Shown one piece after another: positions 31,401 through 40,385 of a DNA stretch of 64,000 nt. The DNA comes from an uncultured bacterium (GTDB taxonomy: Bacteria > Chloroflexota > UBA5177 > JANWHV01), in contig CAWHAE010000009.1 of the NCBI GenBank assembly GCA_963827235.1, positions 672,001 to 736,000 of the forward strand, given 5' to 3'. The translations under genes and the position numbers were made by a program. How positions within the stretch are numbered: the stretch's first letter is position 1; each line of letters opens with the position of its first letter. The notes below the pieces were generated by a model. The model ran no database searches. It saw only the letters and a program-made list of their open reading frames with translations, and had not been told where the DNA came from.

Positions 31401-31692
31401 CAATCCACTACTTAGCGGTTCGACGATCAGTTTGTCGGCTTTGCCGAGCACACACTTGAATATCAATGCAGTTACATCACCGGCGATGGTTGGCAGTGTG
31501 GTTTTCGGCGTGGACGGAAATGCGAATTATCATACTGAGAACTATACCCCTTACTTCTTAGCTGGTAAGAGCGGCGGATATTGGATACCGTCAATTGGGA
31601 CGCACACCATCTCAGCAACTCCCTTCACGGGCTCACAAGGGTCAGGAGCAAGAGGGCTGCCTTCAACACTTGTCATTACCTTTGCTCAGTAG
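28429..31692 (+). CDS. Large secreted modular protein: putative (alpha/alpha)6 glycoside hydrolase, S/T/P linkers, 4-Cys domain, Ig-like C-terminus
   Basis: Signal peptide ending AHA; FARDGYY, YEYYVRTGDK.FL, YWYGPGW motifs typical of six-hairpin glycosidases; GGAGGT RBS. Confidence 0.75.
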   Translation: MRSMLRFGSGPAGRALRRWIPILVMLAAILPPTSSEAHASRTAGCKQGGCPAVQPATTQPSTVSSRAAGSTAAPNTTLDVADGYIQVQAPNNLRIIGPSYSTTIQAGDNSASQFFSPGFGSVMLDAGARLNLTVLDTNGNRGTYTAIVTPSTYVAKDGRVYLKGSGYLGSGSREPLAIKYYPSGSSIGNLQYWVAEVTNLDTQDVHLTIDMTQGPTNFTNGRYQNVGNGSGDNFVIDAANSYLRINDTGIANMYIGMKPLNTPTRHFQVSSSWMDDSSYISTNHKLSDTVSQSSSGYGDYVYLQSGDLASGSASTTTITPGATATFAWAIGYATTQAALTTLMNGSDAQFGSDLGAYRALAANTVMTVTTPYASFNYLLESMMRTELYSSKLMQVHGYQAPPAGAYTFFTPFARDGYYAALSNGQAGNTSSIRDQFNLFRSIENANHSQQHEAGYYVNSNGMYFAYGNNGSPGDQDMYQILEAYEYYVRTGDKPFLTANISYLDNIGDYLVGYYNTNISTDGLFESAGCATYLDGNGNLTGRSPVVDPIMNALFAYTMNRLSELNAITGDTSRASTYAAVATKITQNYSKLFLPSTNWLLFNRTPDGLTTYSNEALTKIDALIFDALTDTTEQQAMVTNVLGATWWDSTNEAFYETPTNDSLFSPGSYWYGPGWNLTDYKAFSAIFRYGTTAQAQAAWSRLQLHTDRVIASQYGNPGEHSGDNGLFDFSLSAVEMVTRGLFGIDAHSTYLTASPNTWKIGAGSTWSLSNYTAGGHYYSFTVSGDGPQQTTYLDGVLQSSNRLYYDGSDHTVAIVMSATTISPTPTAASASATPTTTLASSTPTAGSASSTPTVPPASPTPTSVPVSPTPTATAAGGIVTLGGLNLDGFCRAQGLGSNASLVNGVWYCSSTRIDMVSACKWQYPSAQNVTAAEAQNGNAYTWTCYGGAVASSPTPTAATPSGTATSTPTGSAQRVTSFGLYNATTNQPIAGYNPLLSGSTISLSALPSTHLNINAVTSPAMVGSVVFGVDGNANYHTENYTPYFLAGKSGGYWIPSIGTHTISATPFTGSQGSGARGLPSTLVITFAQ

Positions 31693-31714
31693 TGAGCGCT
31701 GACTGCCTTGCTCG

Positions 31715-32677
31715 CTACAAGCCCGGTCTTAGCGCCAGCTTCCAGAACACCACGACGATGCCGAGCAGCAGCAGCGCCAGAACGGCATAGTACGGGCAGA
31801 GCAGTAAGCCGGACAGCGCCGCGACCGCGCCGAACGCCGCGCTTATCTGCAGCAGCCAGTGCCGGCCCGCCTCCTTGACCAGGAACGTGGCGACCCGTGA
31901 CCCAACCGGTGGCGCGGCAGCCTCACAAGGTGGATCCGGCGCCCAGCCGAACATGCGCTCAACGCGCAGCACGGATTTCTGTCGCTCGGCCTGCGCCTCT
32001 GCATCCCGCAGCAGCACTTGCCCTGCACTCCGGGCCGCAACCTCGATCTCATCCACGATCTTCGCGAAGCCGATAGTAGCCACGGCCTCGGTCACCGGCA
32101 TCGGCCCGTAGGAGCAGGCCAATGGGCCATCACGTCCTGCCGCTTGCCGCTCCTGGCTGGGGACTACGCGCGCGAAGCAGGGTGCCGAGGCGCTGATCAG
32201 TGTCTGCTCGGCTGCGCTGGGCACGTCGAGAGCGACAAGATGGGTGAACAAGCCCAGTTCCGCGTGGCACGCACCTGCGTCGCCGCCAGACTCCAAGGCA
32301 AAGCGGAGGGTCGGGCTGGCTAGATGGGGCCATATGGCGCCGCTGGCCGCGAGGATCCCCGTCAATGCCCACGTCTCGCGTTCGAGCAAGTCCGCCGCTT
32401 GCCGGGCGTGATCTTCGCGGGACTGCGTGAGGGTTTGGAACGACTCCCACAAGCCGGCCTGCCCGCTACCCACACGTCGAAGACGCTCGTGTGTGTCCTG
32501 CTCGCCAGGCGCTGCTGGCTGGCCGGTGGCGGCGGCACCCCACGGCGTGCTCTGGTCGTTTGTCGAACCGTCTCGTCTCTGGAGCGGTACGGCAAGCCGT
32601 CCCTCGGCTCGCTCCTCGCCGGCGATCCAGCCATAGGGGGAATACGTCGCTGCGTCCTCGAACTTGTCAGCCTTCAT
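31715..32677 (-). CDS. Hypothetical protein with two C-terminal TM helices
   Basis: 320-aa ORF ending in hydrophobic segments; no family recognised. Confidence 0.55.
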   Translation of the reverse strand: MKADKFEDAATYSPYGWIAGEERAEGRLAVPLQRRDGSTNDQSTPWGAAATGQPAAPGEQDTHERLRRVGSGQAGLWESFQTLTQSREDHARQAADLLERETWALTGILAASGAIWPHLASPTLRFALESGGDAGACHAELGLFTHLVALDVPSAAEQTLISASAPCFARVVPSQERQAAGRDGPLACSYGPMPVTEAVATIGFAKIVDEIEVAARSAGQVLLRDAEAQAERQKSVLRVERMFGWAPDPPCEAAAPPVGSRVATFLVKEAGRHWLLQISAAFGAVAALSGLLLCPYYAVLALLLLGIVVVFWKLALRPGL

Positions 32678-32844
32678 GTCATTCTGGCCTGCCCGCAGGC
32701 AGAACCTCCTCGTCGCGGCTCCGCCTGCTGTCCTGCCCCTTCTGCAGGTTCACCAGCCCGGCCCGGTCCGCCCACCTACCGACCACGTTGCAGAATGGTC
32801 GGGTAACCCATCCTGCCCGTGTATCGCACCCGACGCCGGTGGAC

Positions 32845-34005
32845 CTACTGGCCGGCACGCACGCCCGGCTCACCTTGGCGCCACTCGACTGCTCGCCTGG
32901 TGCGCTGTCCCGGGATATTCGCCTCTCGCTCTCGCTTTCCCAATGGCAGAACGACCCGGCGGAAGCTGTCCTCCAGCAGCAATGCCGTGGCCAGGTACCA
33001 GGCGAGCAGTGCCGAGACCAGCAAGAGATAGCCGCCGGCCTTCAGCGGGCCCGAGCTCGGGCCCAGCAGACCGATCGCGGCCAGAACACAGGCGGCGGTC
33101 AGCGCCGTGAGCAGAGCACTTTGGGCAAAGTTGCGTCCCAGCGCCGCGATGGCGCCGGCAGCCGAGATGGCACCCAGGGGAATAAACCACCAGCCGAAAT
33201 TGGCGTCGACCGGGGCCAGCCCCAGCGACCCAGCGGCGACCAGCGCGTAGAGCACACCGTAGGCCAGCCAGAAAGCGCCCCAGGCACCGTGGATGGTGGT
33301 CGCCAGACCATCACGGGCCCGGAAAGCCCACATTCCTGCTAGCAACTGCGCGAGACCGCCGAGCAGGGCGGCCAGCGGCGCGATATACAGCGGCGTCCTG
33401 CTGTCGCCGAACCAGTGGGCGTAGAAGGCGCCCACCAGCAACGCGGCAGCGGCCAGGCCAAACAGCCCCAGAATCGAGGGCGCGGCAATCGGCTGTAGCG
33501 TGATCCGGGCCGGCGGCGCCTCGGCGGGGACGGGCCGCAGTAGTGTTGGCTCGACGCGCGCGCCGGCATCGATCGACGGTGCATGCTGAGCCGGAGGCTC
33601 CCCGCCGCCAGCACGCTCCGCCTCGGGTGCTGTTACACCACCGAACCTGGTGGCCAAGTTTGCCAGGGACACCGTGCCGACCGGCTTGCCATCGCGTACC
33701 ACCACGATACTGCTTACGCGTCGATCGGTCATGACGCGAGCAACCTCTTGCACGTCCTGGTCCTCACGCGGGAATGCGGCGACCGGGTGGACGAGGTCGC
33801 GTGCCTTGGCCGCCGTGACGTCACGTCCCGGTGCAGCGATCCAATCGGCAATGTCATGTTCGGTCAGCGGTCCAAGAAACTCCGTCCCCTCATAGACGGC
33901 GAGGACGCCCTCCTCGCGGTGCTCCAGCAGGTCAACGGCCGCAAGCAGCGGCGCATCCGCGCGAACAGACTGTACCTCGGTCGTCATCACATCTTTGACA
34001 AGCAT
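32845..34005 (-). CDS. CBS-pair domain fused to a GPR1/FUN34/YaaH (SatP-like) acetate channel
   Basis: MLVKDVMT...VGTVSLANL CBS pair; IAAPSILGLFG, GGLAQLLAGMWAF, WGAFWLAYG; GAGGAGG RBS. Confidence 0.88.
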   Translation of the reverse strand: MLVKDVMTTEVQSVRADAPLLAAVDLLEHREEGVLAVYEGTEFLGPLTEHDIADWIAAPGRDVTAAKARDLVHPVAAFPREDQDVQEVARVMTDRRVSSIVVVRDGKPVGTVSLANLATRFGGVTAPEAERAGGGEPPAQHAPSIDAGARVEPTLLRPVPAEAPPARITLQPIAAPSILGLFGLAAAALLVGAFYAHWFGDSRTPLYIAPLAALLGGLAQLLAGMWAFRARDGLATTIHGAWGAFWLAYGVLYALVAAGSLGLAPVDANFGWWFIPLGAISAAGAIAALGRNFAQSALLTALTAACVLAAIGLLGPSSGPLKAGGYLLLVSALLAWYLATALLLEDSFRRVVLPLGKREREANIPGQRTRRAVEWRQGEPGVRAGQ

Positions 34006-34222
34006 GGTTGCCTCCTCGTGATTGACGTGGTCGCATCGTGACCGCTCGACCTGGCGCGCACTAGGTCCCTAAGCGGCGAGCAGATCGCATGCTGTATCTT
34101 GCTCTCCATACCGCCTCCTTCCTCGCCGTGCCACCCATCCAACACGTTCCATGCTGCAGGTGGTGACGCACTGCGCCCCCGTAGCCGTGCATGTACGTTG
34201 GTAGCTACCCGCCCCTTGCAGC

Positions 34223-34735
34223 TCAGCTAGCAGCATGACGCCGGCTGCAAACCGGTGATCTCGTCGCCTGCCCTGAGCTGCTCCGGTGTTCCTTATGCGC
34301 AGAACCGATGTGAGCGAAGAAGCTGCGCAGGGCAGTTCGCGGAGCGCGGCAGAGACCGGTCCAGACTTCTCCAGAAGAAGGGCGGCTGCACATCAGCAAG
34401 ACGGTCACGGCTTGGTCGTCAAGCCACCATGTGCTCTCAACGCTCCAGTCCGGTTCCTTTGCAGCGGTGTGGGCAAGTGCCTCGGTTGCCGGCAGCACGA
34501 TGCCGGGGAAGATGTCGCCTGGAATGAGCCGGCGCGCCAAGAACTCCTGTTCGTGCAGGAGGTAGTCGCGTAACCAGGACCACACCTGCTGGTCGCCGGC
34601 CTCAAACCGGGCCGCCACAGCTTCGACCGTCAGGCGCTCGCCACGAGCGTTCACAGGGGTGCCCGACTCGTCTTGATCGCCTTGCGTAGCAGGCCCCATT
34701 TTGCCTGCAACAGTGTTCCTATCTTTGACAAGCAT
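34223..34735 (-). CDS. Hypothetical protein
   Basis: GAGGTGG RBS before MLVKD; its first five codons are shared with the CBS-SatP gene. Confidence 0.4.
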   Translation of the reverse strand: MLVKDRNTVAGKMGPATQGDQDESGTPVNARGERLTVEAVAARFEAGDQQVWSWLRDYLLHEQEFLARRLIPGDIFPGIVLPATEALAHTAAKEPDWSVESTWWLDDQAVTVLLMCSRPSSGEVWTGLCRAPRTALRSFFAHIGSAHKEHRSSSGQATRSPVCSRRHAAS

Positions 34736-35746
34736 GGCTGGCCACCTCGGGGTGGAGGTCGTCATGCCCTTCCGACTCGGCTTGGCGCGCACGGGGCAGT
34801 GCTGAGCACCAAGCAGGTAGCGTGCTGCGCGTCGCTCTCGACTCCGCCTCCCTTATCCATCAAGCGCGGCACCTGCTGCACGTAGCGTGTGATGACGCCT
34901 CGACACGCGTCGTGCAACTCACACTTCCCGCTGCTCACGGCTTCCTAGCGGCGAGGCACGTCCCTTCGGGCATCTACCCGAAGTCAGAAATGTAGAGACC
35001 TCCGTACGCTACCATATGCCATCCATTGTGGCGAGATCAAATGCCACATGGCACCGGTTATGGCGCCAAACGTCACGAGGTGCCGTCTACCGAACATATC
35101 GTGCAGAGGCTCAGCCCCGCGGTGCGGCCGGCAATCACGATCGCCGCGTGGACACCGGTGCGTAGCCGTCGCCGATTTCGCGGACAACTGCGTGGAGCAC
35201 CATACATGTGTGTGCAATCCCGTCAACGGTTGGGGCGGTGCTCGCGACAGCGAGAATGTCGAGCCCAATCGGGATTGCTTTGCGTCGGCCTGTCACGCCG
35301 GCGAAAGCGCCCAATTGCCATCAACTTGCAGAAGCCTCTGTCTATGCGGCGCGGTGGCGGCGTTCATAGTTGCACCTGCCCGGGCAGAGTTGCAGACGTG
35401 CGTTGCTGCGCGGCCGACGGCTTGTGCTCACCGCTCGAACGGCATGCAATCGCGCATCACAGCATCGGCGCACCACGGCATCGTAACCACACCGCCAACA
35501 ACAGCGCGAAATCATCGTCTTCGCACGCGCATCGCATCTGAGCCAGACTGCCTGACGCGACCCCATCCCAGCTCTGCAGCATTGGCCGCACGGCGCGACT
35601 CGGTGCGGCGGGGCGGCGGTTTGCCGCGGCACGCGTATATTGGACGTGGGACCGGGTGACACCGAGCGTGTTCGGACCCGGCGCAGCGCGGCATTCCATC
35701 AGGGCGGCTCCGGCTGCGGTGGGCGGTCGCGAGGAAGGGAGCAGGA

Positions 35747-36475
35747 GTGACAGTCGACCTCTCGCCGATTGGCATCGGCGGGGCCTATCTGGCCGGACTG
35801 GCATCGTTTCTCTCGCCGTGCGTCTTCCCCCTGGTCCCCGGTTACCTCTCCTACCTGGCAGGCACCGCCGGCCAGGAGGCACGGCGCCAGGCCTCTCCAT
35901 CGCAGCTCCGCTGGCAGGTCGCGCTACACGCGGTCAGCTTCGTGCTGGGCTTCTCCCTGATCTTCGTGGCCCTCGGCGCTACTGCCAGCTCGCTGGGCGA
36001 CTTCCTGCGTTCCAACCAGACTACCGTGCGCCAGGTCGGCGGCGTCCTGATCGTGCTGGCCGGTCTGCAGGTTTCCGGCGTCCTGCAGATCCTGCCGCTC
36101 ATGCGCGAGCGCCGTATGGAGGTGGAGCGGGGCGATCCCGCGTTGATCAAGTCCGGCCTGATCGGCATGGCGTTCGGCGCCGGGTGGACGCCCTGCGTTG
36201 GCCCATTCCTGGGCTCCATCCTGACGCTGGCTGCCGCCGGCGGCTCCCTTCGGGAGGGCGTGCTCCTGCTCCTGGTCTACTCGTTCGGGCTCGGGCTGCC
36301 ATTCCTGATCACCGGGTTGCTGATCGATCGCATCACGCCCGCCTTCCGGCGCATCTCGCCGTTGATTCCGGTGATCAACCTGGCCAGCGGCGTGCTCTTG
36401 ATCGGCATGGGCGTGCTCGTGCTGTCCGGCACTCTCGTCTCGCTGGCCAAGTATTCGCCGATTCTCGGCGGCTGA
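35747..36475 (+). CDS. ccdA: Cytochrome c biogenesis protein CcdA
   Basis: SFLSPCVFPLVPGY and GWTPCVGPFLG motifs. Confidence 0.95.
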   Translation: MTVDLSPIGIGGAYLAGLASFLSPCVFPLVPGYLSYLAGTAGQEARRQASPSQLRWQVALHAVSFVLGFSLIFVALGATASSLGDFLRSNQTTVRQVGGVLIVLAGLQVSGVLQILPLMRERRMEVERGDPALIKSGLIGMAFGAGWTPCVGPFLGSILTLAAAGGSLREGVLLLLVYSFGLGLPFLITGLLIDRITPAFRRISPLIPVINLASGVLLIGMGVLVLSGTLVSLAKYSPILGG

Positions 36476-36488
36476 GGCGATCCGGGAA

Positions 36489-37010
36489 TCAGGCGCCGGG
36501 CTCTTCCAGCGCCGCGCCGAGCAGTCTCTCCACCAGGATGCAATCCATCCAGACGCCGTCGAGGCGCGCGTGCCGCCTGTGCGTGCCGACGCGCGAGAAG
36601 CCGACTTTCTCCAGGAGGGCCAGACTCGCCGCGTTCTCGGGAAAGACCTTGGAGACGAGCTTCCAGAGTCCACACGCCTCGGCGGCCCTGAGCAGCCCTT
36701 CCATGGCGGCACGCCCGGCGCCTGTGCCGCGGGCGCTTCGCTCGACGTAGACGGAAAACTCGGCCACGCCGGCGTAGCACGGCCGGCTGCTGTACATGCT
36801 CGCCGCCGCCCAGGCGACCACCCGGTCGTTCCGCACGACGACCACGGTGGGGTAACGCTCACCTCTCTCCCGGAGCACGGCCCGGATGTCTGCCGCGCTG
36901 CGCAGATCGGTCTCGAAGGTGGCGCAGCGGTCCTCGATCCCCTGGTTGTAGATGGCGGCAATGGCCTGCGCATCGCCGGGCGTGGCGGCGCGGACGCGGA
37001 GATCGTTCAT
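36489..37010 (-). CDS. Phosphinothricin/arsinothricin N-acetyltransferase-like GNAT (ArsN1-like)
   Basis: IYNQGIEDRCATFET, YAGVAEFSVYV, WKLVSKVFPEN.ASL, HARLDGVW.D. Confidence 0.85.
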   Translation of the reverse strand: MNDLRVRAATPGDAQAIAAIYNQGIEDRCATFETDLRSAADIRAVLRERGERYPTVVVVRNDRVVAWAAASMYSSRPCYAGVAEFSVYVERSARGTGAGRAAMEGLLRAAEACGLWKLVSKVFPENAASLALLEKVGFSRVGTHRRHARLDGVWMDCILVERLLGAALEEPGA

Positions 37011-37022
37011 CGGGGCCTCCTC

Positions 37023-37964
37023 TCAGCCCACTAACGGCTCGACCGCGACGGCGGAGGCTATCTCCTCCCCGGAGGCGCCGCGACCGGCAAGAGCAACGCC
37101 GAGGATAATGCAGCAACCGCCGGCGAGCGTGGCCAGATCGGGCCGTTCCCCCAGGAGCAGTCTGGCCAGGACAATGCCGAGCAACGGCTGCAGGTACAGT
37201 GTAGGTGCCGCGCGGGCCGCATCGACGTGGGCCAGTGCGACCATCCAGATCACGTAGGCGACGGCGGTACACGGAATGCCCAGGTACAGAATGCCGAGCC
37301 ATGCACCCGGCGTCATGTGGGGCATGCCGGCCATGGCGACGTTGACGGCGGAGGCGGGAATCCAGAACAGCAGGCTGGCGACCACGCCCGAGGCGATGAT
37401 CAGGAGGCCGGGGTAGCGCGCCAGCGAGGCCTTGCCGAATGTTGAGTAGGATGCCTCGCACACCAGGGCCAGCACGACGAGCAGGTCGCCGATCAGGCGC
37501 GTGCCGCCGCCCATGTGCGGTGGCCCAAGGCCGTCTACGATCACGACGTAGATTCCCAGCGATCCGACGATCAGGCCTCCAACGGCTCCCCGGCGCACGG
37601 GCTCACGCAGCACCAGCCAGGCCATGAGCGAGGTGAACATGCTTTCGGCGCCGATCAGCAGGGCGGTATCGGAGGCCGTGGTCAGATTGAGTCCGCCGAA
37701 CTCGATCAGCTTGTTCAGCACGAAGCCGATCAGGCTGAGCGCGCCAAGAGGCAGCAGATCGCGCCGCCGGATGGGCATGGCTCGGCGGCCGAACCAGAGC
37801 ACGGGACCGAGCACCAGAGAGGCAACGGCAAAGCGCAGCGTGTTCAGCTCGACGGGAGAGAGGATGCGCATCGCCTCTTTGCCCGCCGTGTACGAGCCCG
37901 ACCACATGACGTTGGCCAGGATCAGCACGAGCATGGCGCGACTTCGCGTCCAGCGCATCGGCAC
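37023..37964 (-). CDS. DMT/EamA family transporter
   Basis: About 10 TM helices; duplicated EamA pattern with LVLRE and LLLGE. Confidence 0.9.
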   Translation of the reverse strand: MPMRWTRSRAMLVLILANVMWSGSYTAGKEAMRILSPVELNTLRFAVASLVLGPVLWFGRRAMPIRRRDLLPLGALSLIGFVLNKLIEFGGLNLTTASDTALLIGAESMFTSLMAWLVLREPVRRGAVGGLIVGSLGIYVVIVDGLGPPHMGGGTRLIGDLLVVLALVCEASYSTFGKASLARYPGLLIIASGVVASLLFWIPASAVNVAMAGMPHMTPGAWLGILYLGIPCTAVAYVIWMVALAHVDAARAAPTLYLQPLLGIVLARLLLGERPDLATLAGGCCIILGVALAGRGASGEEIASAVAVEPLVG

Positions 37965-38160
37965 GGTCTGCTTTCTTCCCGGCGCGTGGAGGGTGGCCGC
38001 TCGGGCCGGCGTCAGGTGTAAGGAAGGTGCCGGGAATCAAACGATCCGGACATGCCCCGCGGCGCCCGGTCTTCCATCACGTGCAGACATGCGGGCCGCC
38101 ACGATCCTTCGCAGAACCGCCACCCGGCAAATCATGCTCAGCCGGTCGTAGTGCCGGCGA

Positions 38161-38376
38161 TCAGCCCTTTGCCTGCTTGTGCTGGGTACGCAGACAGCGC
38201 GTGCAAATACGCATCTTCGTCGGCCTGCCGCCAACCATCAGCGTAACGTTCTGCAGGTTAGGCTTGAACGTGCGGCTCGTCACGGGCGCGCGCCGGAACC
38301 AGCCGCCGCCTGCCTTGTGGCGAATGCTGCGACCGAAGGTGGTCTTCTTAGCACAGATCTCACATTGAAAGGCCAC
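38161..38376 (-). CDS. rpmB: 50S ribosomal protein L28 (Cys-containing form)
   Basis: CEICAK...RTFKPNLQ...ICTRCLRT. Confidence 0.95.
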   Translation of the reverse strand: MAFQCEICAKKTTFGRSIRHKAGGGWFRRAPVTSRTFKPNLQNVTLMVGGRPTKMRICTRCLRTQHKQAKG

Positions 38377-38506
38377 GACTGTGTTCTCCAATCTGCCGGT
38401 CAGAATACTTCTGAGGTGTAAGCCGCGCGGAAGACCAGAATGCCGCGCCGGGGTCCAAAACCGCACCGGACAAAGGTAGCATACATAGCATATGGAGGGC
38501 AATTTG

Positions 38507-38917
38507 ATGACTGAGCAGGAATTGGCATCGTTCTGGCGCGAGCCGAATCTGGCCAAGTTGGCTACGATCAACGCGGACGGCACGCCGCATCTGGTGCCGA
38601 TCTGGTACATGCACGATGGACGCGATCTACTGATGATCACCCGCCCCACGTCGCGCAAAGTGCGCAACCTTCGACGCGACCCGCGGGTGACCGTTTGCAT
38701 CGACCGTCCCACGCCGCCCTATGCCGGTGCCGTCGTGCGGGGCGTGGCGGAGCTGGAACAGGTGGCGCACCAGGATCTGGCGGTACCAATGGCCGTGCGC
38801 TACCTAGGAGTGGACGCGGGACGGTTGATCGGCGCCCAGTACGCGGAGCTCGACCTGATGACCATCCATATTCATGTCGAGCACCTGATGAGCTGGGACT
38901 ACAGCAGACCCGATTAA
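38507..38917 (+). CDS. Pyridoxamine 5'-phosphate oxidase-like (PPOX class) protein
   Basis: LATINADGTPHLVPIWY and KVRNLRRDPRVTVCID. Confidence 0.9.
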   Translation: MTEQELASFWREPNLAKLATINADGTPHLVPIWYMHDGRDLLMITRPTSRKVRNLRRDPRVTVCIDRPTPPYAGAVVRGVAELEQVAHQDLAVPMAVRYLGVDAGRLIGAQYAELDLMTIHIHVEHLMSWDYSRPD

Positions 38918-38988
38918 CGCCTGACGCGCGCGCCGACCCGGACGAGCGCCGCGGGTTGCTCGGCAAGGCACCGGTGACGGAGGGATCG

Positions 38989-39399
38989 ATGGACGGCGAG
39001 ACACAGCAGGCGTTGATCGCGGCGGCAACCGTCGCGCATGGCCGCGCCTACGCACCATATTCGCATTTTCAGGTCGGCGCTGCCGTGCTGGACAGCGCGG
39101 GACACATCTTCGCGGGCTGCAACGTGGAGAACGTGTCCTATGGACTCACCAGCTGCGCGGAGCGCAACGCGATCGTGCGCGCGGTAGTAGAAGGGGCTCG
39201 CTCTATCCGTGCCGTGGCAGTGGTCACCGCGGCCGAGACGCCGACCGCGCCTTGCGGCGCATGCCGGCAGGTGCTCAACGAATTCGCCGCGGATGGCGAC
39301 ATGCAGGTGATCCTGGCGAGCACCAATGGAGAGCTTCGCCTGACACAGCTCTCTGCGCTGCTGCCGGAGAGCTTTTCCATCTTTACCGCGACGAGCTGA
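38989..39399 (+). CDS. cdd: Cytidine deaminase
   Basis: AYAPYSHFQVGAA, GCNVEN, CAERNA, PCGACRQ. Confidence 0.96.
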   Translation: MDGETQQALIAAATVAHGRAYAPYSHFQVGAAVLDSAGHIFAGCNVENVSYGLTSCAERNAIVRAVVEGARSIRAVAVVTAAETPTAPCGACRQVLNEFAADGDMQVILASTNGELRLTQLSALLPESFSIFTATS

Positions 39400-39429
39400 C
39401 CGCGTGCCTGGCCCCGCGGAGTCGTGGCA

Positions 39430-39562
39430 GCCGTCGGGGCACCGCGATGCAAAGGCTCTCGCGACGGCGGTAGATCGTCGCTGCCGTCGGGGCACTGCGG
39501 TGCAGGGGCTTTCGCGACAACAGCTCGACCCACATCCATGGCGGTAGGTCGTCACTGCCATC
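39430..39562. repeat. Degenerate intergenic direct repeats (period about 53 bp)
   Basis: GCCGTCGGGGCAC.GCG.TGCA..GGCT.TCGCGAC at 39430 and 39483; GGCGGTAG.TCGTC.CTGCC occurs twice. Confidence 0.65.
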
Positions 39563-39738
39563 ACAGCGCATTGGGAAGCCGCGGACCAGCCGGCCCAAGC
39601 AGACGAGCATATGTGCGGCACGGTTTCGGGACGTATCTCGACATAGGGGCCAATTGCATCCGCCCCCGCGCTCGAATACCCGCTACGCGAATGCGCACTG
39701 GCTTGGCACGCCATCACGAGCCAGGGGGACAACGCAGA

Positions 39739-39773
39739 GGAGGGTATCTCGACCCCGGGTCGAGATACCCTCC
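39739..39773. terminator. Perfect 17-bp inverted repeat between convergent genes
   Basis: GGAGGGTATCTCGACCC-C-GGGTCGAGATACCCTCC; no clear U-tract. Confidence 0.6.
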
Positions 39774-39796
39774 CGCACTGCTAACCGCTTGCTCGT

Positions 39797-40246
39797 CTAC
39801 GATCCCGGCGCTACGACCGCCCACCAGAAGCCGCCGCTGGCGAACACGCCCTGGCCATAGGCGTCACCTTGTTCCTTGTCCTGAAGGAACGTATAGAGGG
39901 GCGCCTTATCGAAGGTGAGCTGCTCGCTACCGTCGGTGCGCATGATGACGCCGAACGTTCCCGTCACGTCGGCCATCTTGGCCGGCGGCTTCGCGCCCTT
40001 CGGCAGGAGCACGGGCGGCCAGTACTTGGCACACGTGCCGTAGCAGGTGGACTTGTCTGCCGGATCGGCCGCGAATACATAGAGTGTGAGACCCTTGGCA
40101 TTGACGAGCATTTTGCCCGCGACGACCTTTACGGGAGCCGCAGCGGCCTGCTCGCGTGGGGCGGCCTGGACGGCGCTTCCTGCTGCCAAGGCCAGCAGCA
40201 CAGGCAGCGCGAGCAAGGCGCGGCGGCCACGTTTCAATACATGCAT
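39797..40246 (-). CDS. Secreted COG4315 (Yx(FWY)xxD repeat) protein
   Basis: Signal peptide; GLTLYVFAAD, CYGTCAKYWPP, PLYTFLQD...G.G. Confidence 0.88.
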   Translation of the reverse strand: MHVLKRGRRALLALPVLLALAAGSAVQAAPREQAAAAPVKVVAGKMLVNAKGLTLYVFAADPADKSTCYGTCAKYWPPVLLPKGAKPPAKMADVTGTFGVIMRTDGSEQLTFDKAPLYTFLQDKEQGDAYGQGVFASGGFWWAVVAPGS

Positions 40247-40385
40247 GACACCCCTCCATCCGGAACGCGCGGCTCGCGCCGCGCCGGCAGTCGAGTGCAA
40301 TCACTCGACTGCAAGGTGATACGCGGCCGGTTACAGCCAGCTTTCAGCCGGAATCTCGGAGACTATTCTGGCACTCTGGAGAGAG

